NCBI GenBank assembly: GCA_020059745.1
Contig: JAGVBK010000003.1
Location: 68,492-132,491 of the forward strand
Length of the DNA: 64,000 nt
Source of the DNA: Candidatus Shapirobacteria bacterium
GTDB taxonomy: Bacteria > Patescibacteriota > Microgenomatia > UM-FILTER-40-11
Direction: 5' to 3'
A program made the translations under genes and the position numbers. Positions 37,031 through 46,302 of this stretch are shown piece by piece. Numbering within the stretch: the stretch's first letter is position 1; every line of letters begins with the position of its first letter. Under the pieces are notes generated by a model. The model did no database searches. It saw only the letters and a program-made list of their open reading frames with translations, and was not told the origin of the DNA.

Positions 37031-38172
37031 AGAAGTTTCTGAAAACTAACGGAGAGATATTAAAGTTTGTCTTAGTGGTTTTTTTAGTTTGGCAATGCGC
37101 TTTGGTCTCTTTGTCTTTTGTTGCCGACTGCCTGCCAAAAAGACATAATTTTCTCTATAATGACGGCCAAAGAAGGGTAAACCCAAGGTTTTTTTGGAAA
37201 ACTGCCAATTTTGACGGCATCCACTACCTTCACATTGCCAGAAATGGCTATGGAATGTATGAGCAGGCCTTTTTTCCTTTGTATCCAAACATTATAAAAA
37301 AGGCTGCTCCCCTTTTTGCCGGGAAAGATTTGGTTGCAAGTTTGGCTATCTCTAACCTTTCTTTTATTTTCTTTTTGTTTCTTTTTTACAAGCTTATAAG
37401 GCTCGATTTTAAGGATGATACTGCCCAAAAGGCAATTATCTTTCTTGTTCTTTTTCCTGCTTCTTTTTTCTTTGGCATGGTTTATACGGAAAGCTTTTTT
37501 TTGCTTTTGGCAATCGGGAGCTTTTATTCGGCCAGAAAAGGTAAGTGGCTGCTTGCGGGCCTGCTTGGGGCTTTGGCAGCCAATACAAGGCTTTTTGGCA
37601 TTTTCCTATTTCCGTCTCTTTTTTATGAATTTTTATATCAAAAAAGAGAAGAAAGGAAAAAACTTAGCTACCTGAATTTTCTGGCGATATCTTTAGTTCC
37701 CTTAGGGCTTTTGTCGTACATGAACTTTTTAAAACAAAAATATAATGATCCCTTAATGTTTTTTCACCTTCAACCTCATTTTGGGGCAGAAAGAAGCGGG
37801 GGAAAACTTATTCTTATTTACCAGGTTTTCTACCGTTATTTGAAAATGATTTTAACTACTTATTCTGACCCGCTTTACTTTGCCGTTTGGATAGAGCTTT
37901 TATCGGCGGTTGGTTTTCTGGCTTTGGGCTATTTTGCCTTTAAAAGAAAAATAAGAGCATCTTACCTTGTTTTTGCCTTGCTTGCTTATTTGGTGCCGAC
38001 CTTAACCGGCACTTTTTCCTCTTTACCCAGATATGCTCTAGTTCTGTTTCCCTGTTTTATTCTCTTAGGGACAATTAAAAATAAAATATTGGAAAGGTTT
38101 TTAATGGCAATTTTTGTTGTTTGTTTTATTATGGCATTACTCTTTTTCTACAGAGGTTACTGGGTAGCATAA
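37027..38172 (+). CDS. PIG-V/GT76-like GT-C mannosyltransferase
   Basis: 'NFDGIHYLHIARNGY', 'AFFPLYP', 'FPASFFF..VYTESFF', 'TR..G', 'SLPRY'. Confidence 0.85.
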   Translation: MKKFLKTNGEILKFVLVVFLVWQCALVSLSFVADCLPKRHNFLYNDGQRRVNPRFFWKTANFDGIHYLHIARNGYGMYEQAFFPLYPNIIKKAAPLFAGKDLVASLAISNLSFIFFLFLFYKLIRLDFKDDTAQKAIIFLVLFPASFFFGMVYTESFFLLLAIGSFYSARKGKWLLAGLLGALAANTRLFGIFLFPSLFYEFLYQKREERKKLSYLNFLAISLVPLGLLSYMNFLKQKYNDPLMFFHLQPHFGAERSGGKLILIYQVFYRYLKMILTTYSDPLYFAVWIELLSAVGFLALGYFAFKRKIRASYLVFALLAYLVPTLTGTFSSLPRYALVLFPCFILLGTIKNKILERFLMAIFVVCFIMALLFFYRGYWVA

Positions 38173-39441
38173 ATGAGAGCAAAACTTCACCGGCTTTTTT
38201 TAGACAACCTTCTTCTAAAGGGTAGTTTTGTGATTTTAATTGGTTCAACCCTGGCTAATTTTGGGGCTTATCTTTATCATCTTCTTATGGGCCGGTTACT
38301 TGGCCCTGTAGATTACAGCGTTCTTGAAAGCTTAATTTCTGTTCTCTACTATCTCGGCATTCCCATGACAGTTTTTGGGGTGGTAGTGGTAAAGTATATT
38401 TCCGGCGAAAAGGATTCTGAAAAGATTGCCAGGTTTTTTACTAAAATTTTAAACAAAGTAGCGTTGTGGGGGTTTTATGGCTTAATTATTTTTCTCTTAC
38501 TTTTTCCCCTTTTTAGAAATCTTTTAAAAATAGATTCTTTTTTGCTTTTTTTAGGTTTAGGAATTACTGCTTATTTGGGGGTGTTCAATAGTCTTTTTTC
38601 ATATTCTCTTCAGGGAGTGATGAAGTTTAAAGACTTAAGTATCTATAGCGTTTTTTCTTCTTGGCTTAAGCTCTTTTTTTCGTTAGTTTTCCTTTATTTT
38701 GGTTTTAAAGTTTATGGAGCTTTAATAGGTTTGCTCTTGTCTTCGTTTTTAGCATGTCTTTTTGGTTTAAATTTGGCAAAAAAATATATTAATCTTTTTA
38801 AGTCAAACAACATAAGCATTAAGGATTCTTTTGGTAATATTAGATCTTATTCTCTGGCTGTTTTTTTTACAAATTTTTCTCTTATTTCTCTTTTTACGGC
38901 TGATATTATTTTGGCTCGTTATTTTTTGCCTTCTGTTGAGGCTGGATACTATGCTTCGCTATCAATTTTAGGAAAAGTTATTTTTTACGCCTCTAGTCCT
39001 ATTGTTTCGGTGATGTTTCCTCTGGTCTCAAGTAAACATTCGGCCGGTGAAAACTACCAGAAATTATTTTGGATGAGCTTTTCTTTAATACTGCTTACGT
39101 CTTTAATTATTTCTATAATATATTTTTCTTTTCCTGAGCTTATGATTAACTTTCTTTTTGGCAAAGCTTATCTTGAGGGCGCTTCAAGCTTGGGACTTTT
39201 CGCAGTTTTTTTGACTCTCTACTCACTCTGTTCTCTTTTTCTTAACTTTTACCTCTCAATTTCCCGGACAAAAGCAATTTTTTTAGCAGGATTTTTTGCG
39301 GTTGTTCAGGTGATTTTAATTTTTTTCAACCACGGAAGCATTGGAGAAATTGTCAGGATAAATATTTTCACTCTTTCTTTATTACTGCTTGGACTTTTGC
39401 TTTTTTATATTAAAAGCTTTAAATTTAAACAATGCAGTTAA
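38173..39441 (+). CDS. Wzx/MOP-family flippase
   Basis: 'ANFGAYLYHLLMGRLLGPVDY', 'DIILARYFLPSVEAGYYA', about 12 TM helices. Confidence 0.85.
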   Translation: MRAKLHRLFLDNLLLKGSFVILIGSTLANFGAYLYHLLMGRLLGPVDYSVLESLISVLYYLGIPMTVFGVVVVKYISGEKDSEKIARFFTKILNKVALWGFYGLIIFLLLFPLFRNLLKIDSFLLFLGLGITAYLGVFNSLFSYSLQGVMKFKDLSIYSVFSSWLKLFFSLVFLYFGFKVYGALIGLLLSSFLACLFGLNLAKKYINLFKSNNISIKDSFGNIRSYSLAVFFTNFSLISLFTADIILARYFLPSVEAGYYASLSILGKVIFYASSPIVSVMFPLVSSKHSAGENYQKLFWMSFSLILLTSLIISIIYFSFPELMINFLFGKAYLEGASSLGLFAVFLTLYSLCSLFLNFYLSISRTKAIFLAGFFAVVQVILIFFNHGSIGEIVRINIFTLSLLLLGLLLFYIKSFKFKQCS

Positions 39442-40223
39442 ATCTTCTCTCGGTCATTGTTCCTGCTTACAAACAGGAAAAAACTATAATTAAAGACCTT
39501 AAAAACATAGAGTCGGTATTAACTCAGCTCAACTGTGATTATGAGATTATTTGCGTGGCTGACGGCAAGATAGATAAAACCTTTGAAAAAGCAAAAAAGA
39601 TTGCTTCTCAAAAAATTAAGGTTGTCGGTTACAGGGAAAATCGCGGTAAGGGCTATGCGGTAAGATATGGCATGGCCAGAGCCAAAGGCGAGGTGGTGGC
39701 CTTTATTGACGCCGGCATGGACATAAACCCAAGGGGGTTGCCGATGCTTTTGGAGCATATGAAGTGGTATGATTCGGATGTTATTGTCGGCTCAATCAGA
39801 CATTCGGCCTCAAAAGTTATAGGCTATCCCCTTAAAAGAAGAATTTTTAGTGTCGGTTACCACTTTTTAACCAGGTTTCTTTTTGGTTTAAGAATAACTG
39901 ACAGCCAAAGAGGGATAAAGATATTTAAAAGAGAGGTTCTTGAAAAGGTATTGCCTAGAATGATAGTTAAAAAATTCTCCTTTGATATTGAAATGTTAGC
40001 CGTGGCTTATCATCTTGGCTTTAAAAAAATTCATGACGGTCCGGTGGAAATGGATGCAAGAAAGTTTAAGTATTCAAGCATAAGATATACAACAGTAAGC
40101 TCGATGTTTATTGATACTCTTGCCATTTTTTATCGATTACATCTTTTAAGATACTATTCCAGTAAAAATAAAAGAAAGTGGGTGTATGACCCTGACTTGG
40201 ACATGAATATAAATATAGGATGA
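39432..40223 (+). CDS. GT2 polyprenol-phosphate glycosyltransferase (ALG5/DPM-like)
   Basis: 'NRGKGYAVRYG', 'FIDAGMD', 'TDSQRGIK', 'FSFDIEML'. Confidence 0.85.
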   Translation: MQLNLLSVIVPAYKQEKTIIKDLKNIESVLTQLNCDYEIICVADGKIDKTFEKAKKIASQKIKVVGYRENRGKGYAVRYGMARAKGEVVAFIDAGMDINPRGLPMLLEHMKWYDSDVIVGSIRHSASKVIGYPLKRRIFSVGYHFLTRFLFGLRITDSQRGIKIFKREVLEKVLPRMIVKKFSFDIEMLAVAYHLGFKKIHDGPVEMDARKFKYSSIRYTTVSSMFIDTLAIFYRLHLLRYYSSKNKRKWVYDPDLDMNINIG

Positions 40224-41248
40224 AAAAGCCAAAAGCCTCTGTTATCATTCCCGTTAGAACCATTACCCCTTATGTTAGAGAGACCGTTGATCATCTTTTA
40301 AGACAGACAGAAAAAAACTTTGAAATTATTGTTGTTACGGACAAAAAAGAGGAACTAAAAGGGGTAATGGTAATTGCCAGCGGCCAGCCGACACCTTCTT
40401 TTAAAAGAAATCTAGGAGCAAAGAAGGCAAAAGGAGAAATTCTTGCTTTTTTAGATGATGATTCTTACCCCTGCAAAGATTGGCTGAAAAACGCTCTTAG
40501 AATTTTTAATGATCGCTCACTGAGCGATCACCGGCCACTGACGGCTGTCTGCGGACCCACCTTAACCCCTCCTCATGATAATATTTTTCAGAAAGCTTCA
40601 GGTTGTGTTTGGTCTTCTTTTTTAGGCAGCGGAGGAGCAGGGGTTTACCGAAACAGGGTTAAAGAAAGGCGGGAAGTTGACGATTTTCCTTCAGTTAACC
40701 TTTTAGTCAAGAAAAAAGATTTTGAAAAAGTATCTGGTTTTGACATTAACCATTGGCCGGGAGAGGATACTAAGCTTTGCCTAGACTTAACTTCTTTAGG
40801 GAAAAAAATTATTTATGACCCTGGGGTTTTAGTTTATCACCACCGCCGAGCAGTTATTGTTCCCCATTTAAAGCAAATAAGCCGGTATGCTTTAAGAAGA
40901 GGACATTTTGCCAAAATTTTTCCCAAGACTTCCTTAAGGATCGGATATTTACTGCCTTCTTTTTTGGCTTATGGCCTTTTGTTTGGCTTGGGTGCTATTT
41001 TACTTTTTCCTTTTTTAGCTTTTTTTTATCTTTCCTTTCTTGCAATTTATTTTATCGCACTTTTCCTTACCGGCCTTGAGGTGCAGATTAGGGAAAAGGA
41101 TTTAAGAATAACTATTTTGACCATAATTTCAATTTTTTTGACCCATTTAGTTTATGGTTTTCTTTTTCCAATCGGATTTTTGCAAAAGGAACTTAAAACA
41201 GTGGCGCATCAAGTTGACGAAAAAAGAAAAGTTTATATAGGTGGTTAG
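40220..41248 (+). CDS. GT2 glycosyltransferase with C-terminal TM helices
   Basis: 'SVIIPV', 'KRNLGA', 'AFLDDD', 'PGEDTKLC', 'VYHHRR'. Confidence 0.9.
   Translation: MKKPKASVIIPVRTITPYVRETVDHLLRQTEKNFEIIVVTDKKEELKGVMVIASGQPTPSFKRNLGAKKAKGEILAFLDDDSYPCKDWLKNALRIFNDRSLSDHRPLTAVCGPTLTPPHDNIFQKASGCVWSSFLGSGGAGVYRNRVKERREVDDFPSVNLLVKKKDFEKVSGFDINHWPGEDTKLCLDLTSLGKKIIYDPGVLVYHHRRAVIVPHLKQISRYALRRGHFAKIFPKTSLRIGYLLPSFLAYGLLFGLGAILLFPFLAFFYLSFLAIYFIALFLTGLEVQIREKDLRITILTIISIFLTHLVYGFLFPIGFLQKELKTVAHQVDEKRKVYIGG
40510..40547. repeat. Perfect 21-bp palindrome plus family-A-like heptamers, in frame
   Basis: tgatcgctca-c-tgagcgatca (40510-40530), overlapping atcaccg gccactg acggctg; encodes DRSLSDHRPLTA. 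Confidence 0.7.
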
Positions 41249-43104
41249 TTTTGGGAAGAGATTTTGTTTAAAACTTCATTAATCCTCTGGTTTTCAGGGT
41301 CCATGCTTTTTGCCTTAAGAAGCGCCTCTTTTGCCTCGGAAGTTTTGCCCATGTTAAGGAAAACAATTCCCTTGGCAAAATAAAGGCCCGGGTTTTCCGG
41401 ACTTATAGAAAGGGCTTTGTCGAGAAAGGAAATAGCAGAATCAAAGTCTTTGTTTTCTGCATAAATGACAGCTAAGTTTTGATATGACTGCCAGAGGTTG
41501 GGATTTGCCTTTATCGCCTGTTCGTAATTTTGCCTTGCCAGGTCAAGTTTGCCCATTTGCAAATAGGTGTTGGCCAAGTTATGGTAGGCGTCGCCATAAT
41601 TGGGAAGAAGCTTTATGGCAGCTTGAAACTCTTCAACAGCTTTTTCAAATTCCCCTCTTCTTGCATAGAGGTCTCCAAGATTATTGTGGTTTTGTGGGCT
41701 TGAAGGCGAAGTTTTTCCGGCGGCGATCCAAAGAGTATCCTGATTTTTCCAATCCATATTTCTGTAAACAGTTCTTATGGAAAGAGCAGTTATTAGCAAA
41801 GAAAAAATTAGCCAAGAATAGAATTTATCTTTAAGTAACTCTCCAAGTTTAACGATTAAAACCGAAACAATGACAAAAATGCCAAGCGTACCAAAATAGG
41901 CGTATCTTTCGGCAATAATCCAGGAGATTTTTATTGGCGTAAGCATGGGCATGAGGCCGATAAAAAAGAAGGCAAGCCAAAAGGAGTAAGTTCTGAGCTT
42001 TTTGTTAAAGTAAGTGTAAGCAATGGCACCAAAATAAGCCAAAGTAGTAATTAGCATCATAATATAGCTTGACACAGAAAAAGCCAGCTCAGAGTGGTAG
42101 AGGGTAAGTTTTTGCGGCCAGAAAATAAGATAAAAATAATTGGCCATGGCGGTAGGAATCTGGGTTAGAGGATTGTATCGCCCTCCGTCCTGATAGTGAA
42201 CCGTTTTATGGATATGTTGAATGTTTTTCAAAGTTCCGCCGAAAACAATAAGTGAAATACAGATAAGGCTGATTAGGAAAAACGGAATCAGGATTTTCCA
42301 GTTTTTACGCAAATTCCCTTGCGTCAGTTCATAAAAAAACAAAATTCCCGGAAAAGAAACCGCTTTCTCTTCAGTAAAAAGGGCCAAAAGGAAAAAAACG
42401 ATGGAGAATAAATAATATTTAACCGGTTTTTTTTCTTTTTTGGAAAGCAAATAAGAGAGAAAAGAAAAAAGCAGGAAAAAAGTGTATTGCGAGTGGATGG
42501 CTCCCGATATCCAGGTTACCGCTTCACTTAAAAGCGGATGAACAGCAAAAAGCCCGGCAGACATAAAAGCTAAAGGAAAGGAGGAAAAAAGCAAAGAAAT
42601 GATTGTAAAAATCAAAAGAACCGAGCCTAGGTGAGTAATAATTCCAATCATTCTGAATACAGCCGGATTAAGGCCGCCGATTTTATAAGCTAGCGTTAAA
42701 GTAAGAGGTCTTAGAAAAGTAAAAACATTACGGTTGCCTACGAAAGCTTTGGAGAAACTCGATATTCTCTTGCTCTCTTTGATGGTGGCAATATCGTCGG
42801 ATAAAAACTCGTTATTTAGGGAATTAAAATAAACTCCGATAACCAGGAGCGAAAGAGCCAGCAAAGCCCACCAGTTTTTTTTAAAGAATTGTTTAAAGCA
42901 AAAAGCATTTTTTTCTTTTGTCTCGTCTTCCTTTTTTCTATGATTTTCACTTAGATATTTGCTAACCTTTTCTTCAGACCAGACTTCACTAAGATGATTA
43001 ATTATTTCGTTTTCATCAACTTTAAGTTTACCGGCAAGTTCGGAAAGCGAAAATTTTCTTAAATTCTTTTTTACAAATTTTTTTTGTGATTTGCTTAACG
43101 GCAT
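41245..43104 (-). CDS. TMTC-like GT-C protein with C-terminal TPR repeats (putative protein O-glycosyltransferase)
   Basis: 'YFNSLNNEFLSDD', 'RPL', 'LFAVHPLLSEAVTWISG', 'AERYAY', 'RNMDWKN..TLW', TPRs 'HNNLGDLY...AYHNLA'. Confidence 0.85.
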   Translation of the reverse strand: MPLSKSQKKFVKKNLRKFSLSELAGKLKVDENEIINHLSEVWSEEKVSKYLSENHRKKEDETKEKNAFCFKQFFKKNWWALLALSLLVIGVYFNSLNNEFLSDDIATIKESKRISSFSKAFVGNRNVFTFLRPLTLTLAYKIGGLNPAVFRMIGIITHLGSVLLIFTIISLLFSSFPLAFMSAGLFAVHPLLSEAVTWISGAIHSQYTFFLLFSFLSYLLSKKEKKPVKYYLFSIVFFLLALFTEEKAVSFPGILFFYELTQGNLRKNWKILIPFFLISLICISLIVFGGTLKNIQHIHKTVHYQDGGRYNPLTQIPTAMANYFYLIFWPQKLTLYHSELAFSVSSYIMMLITTLAYFGAIAYTYFNKKLRTYSFWLAFFFIGLMPMLTPIKISWIIAERYAYFGTLGIFVIVSVLIVKLGELLKDKFYSWLIFSLLITALSIRTVYRNMDWKNQDTLWIAAGKTSPSSPQNHNNLGDLYARRGEFEKAVEEFQAAIKLLPNYGDAYHNLANTYLQMGKLDLARQNYEQAIKANPNLWQSYQNLAVIYAENKDFDSAISFLDKALSISPENPGLYFAKGIVFLNMGKTSEAKEALLKAKSMDPENQRINEVLNKISSQN

Positions 43105-43116
43105 AGCTATTTTTTT

Positions 43117-43180
43117 AGTTTAGCAAAAGGGCAGAGGTCTGACAATAAAGAAAAAATTTGAGGCAAACTTATGCTACAAT
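43117..43180. promoter_or_regulatory. Divergent promoter region: TGcTAAACT (- strand, 43117-43125) and TGcTACAAT (+ strand, 43172-43180)
   Basis: Extended -10 motifs on both strands between head-to-head genes. Confidence 0.45.
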
Positions 43181-43208
43181 TATGCTACTCAAACTATATA
43201 GAAAAAAG

Positions 43209-44237
43209 ATGAAAGTTTTAGTAACAGGAGGCGCAGGTTTTATCGGCTCACATGTGGTTGACATGCTTGTTAATAAAGGCCACGAGGTATTTAGTATTGA
43301 TGATATGTCAGGTGGGTTTTGGAGGAATATTAATCCTTCGTGCAAATTTGAAAAGATTAACTTAGTTGACAAAGAAAAAACTTCCGAATTTGTAAAAAAA
43401 ATACAGCCGGAAATAATTTTCCATTTGGCAGCCGACGCAACCGAGGGAAGAAGCCAATTTACTCCTATAAACTGCACGGAAAGAAACTATAACGCTTTTT
43501 TACACACTCTTGTCCCCGCTATAAAAACAAAGCGGCTTAAAAGATTTGTTGCTATCTCTTCTATGAGTATTTACGGTGCCCAAAAGCCTCCTTTTTCGGA
43601 AGAAATGAGACCCTGCCCTGAAGACATATACGGGGTTTCAAAAACAGCGATGGAAGAAACATTAAAAATTCTTGCCGATGTTTATGGCTTTGAATATTGC
43701 ATTATGAGGCCTCACAATGTTTACGGAATAAGGCAAAATATTGCCGATCCATATAGGAATGTGATCGGAATATTTATAAACCAACTTCTTGGCGGCAGAA
43801 AGTATTATATTTATGGTGACGGCAAGCAAAAAAGGGCTTTCAGCCACATAAATGATGTTGCTCCTTACATTGTCATGGCTGGTTTTTCAAAAAACTGCAA
43901 AAACGAGGTGTTTAATGTCGGCCCGAGTGAGGAATATTCGATAAACCATGTTTCTGGGCTTATTCTTAAAAGCTTTTTTGGAAGTTTAGATAAGGTCCCG
44001 GAGAACCAAAAGCCGGAACACATACCCGACAGACCGAAAGAAGTAAAAAACGCTTACTGCACTAATAGCAAAATAGTAAAAATAATGGGCTATAAAACAA
44101 GCATCGGCCTCGAGGACGGAATTGGAGAAATGATTGATTGGGCAAAAAATCTTGGTTATCAGAAGCCTCGTTATCTCCACGAGCTTGAGATTGAAAATCA
44201 GCTGACCCCTAAAACCTGGAAAGAAAAATTACTTTAA
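43209..44237 (+). CDS. NAD-dependent nucleotide-sugar epimerase/dehydratase
   Basis: Probable ATG 43209; 'LVTGGAGFIGSH', 'YGVSK', 'RPHNVYG', 'YGDGKQKRAF'. Confidence 0.9.
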   Translation: MKVLVTGGAGFIGSHVVDMLVNKGHEVFSIDDMSGGFWRNINPSCKFEKINLVDKEKTSEFVKKIQPEIIFHLAADATEGRSQFTPINCTERNYNAFLHTLVPAIKTKRLKRFVAISSMSIYGAQKPPFSEEMRPCPEDIYGVSKTAMEETLKILADVYGFEYCIMRPHNVYGIRQNIADPYRNVIGIFINQLLGGRKYYIYGDGKQKRAFSHINDVAPYIVMAGFSKNCKNEVFNVGPSEEYSINHVSGLILKSFFGSLDKVPENQKPEHIPDRPKEVKNAYCTNSKIVKIMGYKTSIGLEDGIGEMIDWAKNLGYQKPRYLHELEIENQLTPKTWKEKLL

Positions 44238-44238
44238 C

Positions 44239-45237
44239 ATGAACTTTGTTGAGTATTACAAAGCAGCAAGAAAAGCAACGGCCAAGTTTATCTTTTGGGA
44301 ACTTTATTGGACGGTTAGATTTCTTTCTTTAAAAAAATTTTTAAATTTAATCTTAATTTTTTATCAGGATCATTTAAGACGGTCTTTTGAAGTAAGGGGA
44401 TTTCCGGTTAAATTGACTATTGATCCTACGGCTAACTGTAATCTTCACTGTCCGCTTTGTCCTACCGGCCAGGGCAATAAAGGGAGGAAAAAGGGGCTGA
44501 TGAAATTAACCGACTTTAAAAAAATTATTGACGAAACAGGGGATTTTCTTTTAGAAGTGGATCTTTTTAACTGGGGAGAGCCGCTTTTAAATAAAGAAGT
44601 GTTTAAAATGATAAGCTACACGCACAAAAAGAAAATAAAAGCCAGAATAAGTTCGAACTTAAACTTTTTTCCTTCTGGTTTTGAGAAAGAACTGGTTAAA
44701 AGCAAGCTTCATCATTTGGTAGTTTCACTTGACGGAATTTCCCAAGAAACATATTCTCAATACCGAGTAGGCGGATCATTGCCTAAAGTTTTAGATTCAG
44801 TTAAAAAAATTGCTCTTGAAAAAAAACGGCAAAGCTCCCCCTTTCCTTTCATAACCTGGCAGTTTATTGTCATGAAACATAACGAGCATGAAGTAAAGGA
44901 AGCTAAGAAATTGGTAAAGGAGTGGGGTTTTGACAGAATAGTTTTTCAGAGAAACCGGGGAGATATGGGTAAAGAGCTTTTTAAAAAGGCAAAAAAGCAG
45001 TTAAAAACCTGCCATTTTCTCTGGAATCAGTCTGTTATTAACTGGAACGGTTCTGTTTCTCCATGCTGTCTTTACTATGATGAGAAATATGATTTTGGCA
45101 ATGCTTTTAATGATGGTTTTGCCGAAGTTTGGAATAACCAAAGATACAAAGAAGCAAGAAGGCTAGTAACTGAAAAGAAATGCAATGATAAAAACTTGAT
45201 TTGTTGGAACTGTATTAAAAATGGTTTTCCTGATTGA
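44239..45237 (+). CDS. Radical SAM protein with SPASM/twitch domain
   Basis: 'CNLHCPLC', 'WGEPLL', C-terminal 'C..LW...INWNG.VSPCC...CWNC'. Confidence 0.9.
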   Translation: MNFVEYYKAARKATAKFIFWELYWTVRFLSLKKFLNLILIFYQDHLRRSFEVRGFPVKLTIDPTANCNLHCPLCPTGQGNKGRKKGLMKLTDFKKIIDETGDFLLEVDLFNWGEPLLNKEVFKMISYTHKKKIKARISSNLNFFPSGFEKELVKSKLHHLVVSLDGISQETYSQYRVGGSLPKVLDSVKKIALEKKRQSSPFPFITWQFIVMKHNEHEVKEAKKLVKEWGFDRIVFQRNRGDMGKELFKKAKKQLKTCHFLWNQSVINWNGSVSPCCLYYDEKYDFGNAFNDGFAEVWNNQRYKEARRLVTEKKCNDKNLICWNCIKNGFPD

Positions 45238-45266
45238 TTAATGTTTATTAACAATGAATAAATAAT

Positions 45267-46298
45267 ATGAACAAAAAAAATCCGTTGGTTAGCGTACTCA
45301 TTGTTAATTACAATGGCGGAGCGGTTCTTGATTCCTGTCTTGCTTCACTTAAAAAGACCGATTATCCGAATTTTGAGACCATTGTTGTTGACAATGGTTC
45401 GACAGATGAAAGCATTAAAATGATAAAAAAGAAATACAAATGGGTTATTCTTTCGGAAGCAAAGAAAAATCTCGGTTTTGCTGCAGGTAATAATTTTGCT
45501 TATAAATCTTCCGGCGGTGAATATATAGCTTTGCTTAATGGGGATACTGAAGTTGAACCCGGCTGGTTAAGAAAGTTAGTTGAATTCGCCCAAAAACATA
45601 AGGACGGGGCAGCTTTTGCCGCTAAAGTGCTTTTTTTCGATGATAAAAAAACGCTCAATTCGGCTGGCGGGCTTTGTGATTGGTATGGTTTTTCTCCACT
45701 AAGAGGAACTTTTGAAAAAGACGAAGGCCAATATGACAGTCCTGACATGGTTTTTTATGCCCATGGAGCCGCAATGATGATTCGCCGTGAGACAATAGAA
45801 AAGATTGGTTTTTTTGATGAAGACTATTTTATTTACCATGAAGAGCTGGATTTTTGCTGGCGAGCATGGATTTTCGGTTACAAGGTTTATTATGTTCCCG
45901 GATCTGTTGTCTATCACAAGTTAAAGCAAAGAAATTTTTATGCCCCGGAAAAAAGAGCGCAAAGGCAGTTCTTGGTGAAAAAAAACAGGATTAGCACTCT
46001 TATTAAAAACCATAAAAGCCTTTCTCTTCTTACAGCCTCCCTTTTAGTAAATTTTATTGTTTCTCTTGGTGAAACCGTTTTTTATTTATCTAAAGGTGAC
46101 CTGCAAACAATTAAAGGTACTTTTATGGCATACTTTTGGAATGTTAAGCATTTTAGAAAAGACTGGAAAAAAAGAAAGAGAGTACAGAAACTGTATATGG
46201 CAGATGAGGTCTACATCTTGAAGAGAATGAAAAGATTTCCGGTGGCAATTGACATTTTTAAAGGTATAATTTCTGGGAAACTATCTCTCCCTTTATAA
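45267..46298 (+). CDS. GT2 glycosyltransferase
   Basis: 'VSVLIVNYNG', 'VVDNGSTD', 'NLGFAAGNN', 'LLNGD', 'HEELDFCWR'. Confidence 0.9.
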   Translation: MNKKNPLVSVLIVNYNGGAVLDSCLASLKKTDYPNFETIVVDNGSTDESIKMIKKKYKWVILSEAKKNLGFAAGNNFAYKSSGGEYIALLNGDTEVEPGWLRKLVEFAQKHKDGAAFAAKVLFFDDKKTLNSAGGLCDWYGFSPLRGTFEKDEGQYDSPDMVFYAHGAAMMIRRETIEKIGFFDEDYFIYHEELDFCWRAWIFGYKVYYVPGSVVYHKLKQRNFYAPEKRAQRQFLVKKNRISTLIKNHKSLSLLTASLLVNFIVSLGETVFYLSKGDLQTIKGTFMAYFWNVKHFRKDWKKRKRVQKLYMADEVYILKRMKRFPVAIDIFKGIISGKLSLPL

Positions 46299-46302
46299 AA
46301 TT

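Noticed and set aside
45236-45273. Intergenic 'acaatgaataaataatatgaaca' resembling family-B units
   Set aside because: Only two units, 13 nt apart (out of 7-nt phase), in very AT-rich DNA
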